Shown here: positions 61,103-64,000 of the stretch, piece by piece
Layout: each line of letters begins with the position of its first letter
Position numbering within the stretch: position 1 is the first letter of the stretch
DNA from: Pristiophorus japonicus
Lineage: Eukaryota
NCBI RefSeq assembly: GCF_044704955.1
Contig: NC_092002.1
Location: 3,224,001-3,288,000 of the forward strand
DNA length: 64,000 bases
Reading direction: 5' to 3'
Made by a program: the position numbers and the translations under genes
Notes under the pieces: model-generated
Told to the model about the DNA's origin: nothing
What the model saw: only the letters and a program-made list of their open reading frames with translations
Database searches by the model: none

Positions 61103-61191
61103 CATCTTTTGCATGAGAAAGAAATCCTTGTTGTGAAGACAAATTGCTTTATTGAACATCTTTTTCTCTGCAGCAGTCCACTTCTCAGTAC
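61103..61191 (-). CDS. ZNF541/TRERF1-family gene exon, N-terminal half of the SANT domain (gene continues beyond the window)
   Basis: gaatttag|GTEKWTAAEKKMFNKAICLHNKDFFLMQKM|gtaaga (89 nt, phase 1 to phase 0). Confidence 0.9.
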
Positions 61192-61491
61192 CTAAATTCA
61201 AAAGATACGCACTGAAGAATTCACAGCATAGAGACAGACTGAAAAACCGCAAACGTTACAAGTCTGAAAAGGGAACAGAAAGAGATGGAACTACACAGCA
61301 GGCCAGTCAGCATGTGAGAGGGAAAGTCATTAAATCTCAGTGAGACTCTTCGTCACTGTGTTCTGAAGAAGTGTTCCACTTGAGGCCCGTTCAGTTGCTG
61401 ACTGACTTTCTGTTATTTGCATCATTTTCTGTTTTCACTGCAGATTTCTTACTTTCAGTTTTCATTTTCAGCTGTTTATTTATGGAGGGTT

Positions 61492-61598
61492 ACAGTGGCA
61501 GGTGGGGAGTTTGACTGGGGCGGTACAACTGTCACACTGTAATGCAGGTGTCCTAAGGTGAGCTCAGGGAGGACAGAAACCTCCCGTGGAGCAGAAGG
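61492..61598 (+). pseudogene. 28S rRNA fragment (domain V, includes the P-loop helix), degenerate
   Basis: CAGGTGGGGAGTTTGACTGGGGCGGTACA...GCAGGTGTCCTAAGG.GAGCTCAGGGAGGACAGAAACCTCCCGTGGAGCAGAAGG matches recalled vertebrate 28S, with CpG-type decay. Confidence 0.9.
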
Positions 61599-61689
61599 AT
61601 ATATAATCTTTTTAATAGGCCTGGCCATTACTAGTGACATCTAACACTTAACTATATCACCTGCAGCACGAATGTACCACAAAGAACAG

Positions 61690-62225
61690 ACAGAAGCACC
61701 ACCTACAAGCCACAAGTCAGGAGTGTGATGGAATACTCTCCACTTGCCTGGATGAGTGCAGCTCCAACAACACTCAAGTAACTCGACACCATCCAGGACA
61801 AAGCAGCCCGCTTAATTGGCACTCCATCCACCACCTTCAACACTCACTCCCTCCACCACCGGCGCCCCCTGGCTGCAGTGTGCACCATCTACAAGATGCA
61901 CTGCAGCAACTCACCAAGGCTTCTTCGGCAGCATCTCCCAAACCCACGATCTCTATCACCTAGAAGGACAAGGGCAGCAGGTCCATGGGAACACCACCAC
62001 CTCCACGTTCCCCTCCAAGTCACACAGCATCCTGACTTGGAAATATATCGGCCGTTCCTTCATCGTCACTGGGTCAAAATCCTGGAACTCCCTCCCTAAC
62101 AGCATTGTGGGAGCACCTTCACCACACGGACTGCAGCGGTTCAAGAAGGTGGCTCACCACCACCTTCTCAAGAGGCAATAAATGCCGGCCTTGCCAGCGA
62201 TGGTCACATCCCAGGAACGAATAAA
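61690..62225 (+). mobile_element. 3' fragment of the non-LTR family also present at 20965-21372
   Basis: YK.QVRSVMEYSPLAWMSAAPTT...DTIQDKAARLI...; ends in AATAAAAAAAA. Confidence 0.78.
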
Positions 62226-62345
62226 AAAAAGCAAGCAGCCCAACTGAACCTGTCAGACAAAGGATGTGTCTGGTCTCCTGGTTCATTGATTTGGTACTGC
62301 CTGCCATAAATCTCGAATTGCCAGAAGTTGCCATGGTGGCAAAGC

Positions 62346-62489
62346 ACAATGGAGCTCTGGCACAGGGTGCCAGGGAGTGTGAGAGCAATGGAGCTCCGGC
62401 ACAGGGTGCCAGGGAGTGTGAGAGCAATGGAGCTCCGGCACAGGGTGCCAGGGAGCGGGCGAGCAATGGAGCTCCAGCACAGGGTGCCA
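62346..62489. repeat. 39-bp tandem repeat, about 3.5 units
   Basis: Unit CAATGGAGCTCCGGCACAGGGTGCCAGGGAGTGTGAGAG. Confidence 0.85.
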
Positions 62490-63785
62490 TTAGTAATGGT
62501 TGGGGAGCAAATTGTGTGTCCACCGCTTTGACTGCGATCGCACAGTGAGCCTTTAAATGAGTAGAGAAGAAACTGCTTAGAAAAAAGGAGGGAAATAATT
62601 AATCATTCTTACAGTCAATCGTTCATACTAGAGATCAAATCAGCCAGTTTCCAATATCTGAAATTCTTCCCATTCAATTAATAACAACCGAGAAGGGGAT
62701 GAAATGTCCAGGTTTGGACCATGTGGAGTGAGAAAAAAACATTCGGCCAATCAAGAGGACATGGACTGTCTTCCTACTCTCAAGCAGTTTGTAAGATCTG
62801 CTAATAGCTTTATACATTCATCCCCTCTCAACAGGTACGGACCCAGTTCTCTATTAAAGGTATCACTGACAAAGAATCTTTGAAGCCAAAGTTTGAGGGT
62901 TTTCCCGTACCCGCTAGCACTCTAGCTGGCTACAAACTAAACTTGGTCAATAAGATCACGTGGATTTAGATATTAGCCAAGGCTGTGACCCTTTGGTCGT
63001 GAGCACAATGCTGTACCATTAGAGACACTGAACCACCTGAATGTTCAATCGATCTTCCGCGAAGTGGCTTTGCTCTTACCGGTGTAGTGGTAATCTCCCA
63101 GAGGGTGACAAGGATCTCGCCTCGCACCTTTCATTAGTAACATATCCAGTGCAGCCTACAAAAAAAAAGATTAAAAGGAGGTGGAAAAAACAGGAACCTG
63201 GAAACTGTGCTGTGCAGCGTTGACACATTTTGATCAAATTCCTCTGGTGCTATTTTAAGAAGGTTAATGCATCTTAAAATATCGGATGAAGAAATTTGAT
63301 ATAACCACCTTAAGCATTTTTATGGTAACAGTGCAATTTCCACGCTGTAATTACTAAATGCAACCGAATTCTGCTAAATGCACACATTTTGCTGTGCAAC
63401 ACTTGAAGCAGGGGGTTGTAGTTACAGGGATGGGAGCTGTGACTTGCTATTTTAAGCATATTGAGGTAGGAATTAAGTCTCGGCCCAGACTTGGTACTGT
63501 GCAAGTAGTATATGCCCCCAACCAAGAGGCCTGAGGCTAGGAGGGGTAACGGGATGGGAATGGGGGGGCGGGGGGGAGTCGTAACTATTGTGGAGTCAGG
63601 GGAACATTCCAGGGAGACAGAAGCACCCCTTGCCCCTAGCGTTGCTAAGACACAAGTAACAGAATACGGCAGTATGATATTTGTGTCTAATTATAATACA
63701 CCCACCTATATTTATTATCTTTATCTCTTAGTGGACCTCTACCTTCACTGCCCTCTTACTTTCTATAAGCACATTAGTAGCATGT

Positions 63786-64000
63786 GTCAGCCATGGCTCA
63801 GTGGGCAGCTCTCTCGCCTGAGTCAGAAGGTTGTGGGTTCAGGTACCACTCCAGAGACTTGAGCACATAAATCTAGGCTGACACTCTCAGTGCAGTGCTG
63901 AGGGAGTGCTACACTGTCTTTCGGATGAAACGTTAATCCGAGGCCTCGCCTGCTCTCTCAGGTGGACATAAAATATCCCATGGCACTATTTTGAAGAAGA
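63786..64000 (+). mobile_element. Deu-domain SINE 5' half with no tandem amplification (runs off the window)
   Basis: tRNA A/B boxes (TGGCTCAGTGGG, GGGTTCAGGTACC), one partial 33-bp unit, then the Deu core GTCTTTCGGATGAAACGTTAA. Confidence 0.85.

Overview
Eukaryotic, intron-containing DNA whose repeat content (Deu-domain SacSINE1-like SINEs, CR1/L2/RTE LINEs) points to a cartilaginous fish (shark). It is GC- and minisatellite-rich on the left ~45 kb and more AT-rich on the right. There are two assembly gaps (about 107-252 and 27994-28529). Five protein-coding genes are supported. (1) A SOCS4/5-family gene with a single coding exon (+), resembling teleost SOCS9. (2) MRPS12 (-), two coding exons. 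(3) A spliced gene (+) encoding two BED zinc fingers plus a hAT/Ac transposase body whose CxxH histidine and catalytic glutamate are lost. This candidate domesticated transposase (ZBED-like) sits head-to-head with MRPS12 and is the most notable item. (4) A complete four-exon ERH (+) with three substitutions in a normally near-invariant protein; its promoter and first exon are bracketed by a local inverted duplication. (5) The last four coding exons of a ZNF541/TRERF1-family SANT + C2H2 gene (-). Most other ORFs in the supplied track are LINE fragments or artefacts of tandem repeats. Gene names and family comparisons come from recalled sequences, not from database searches.
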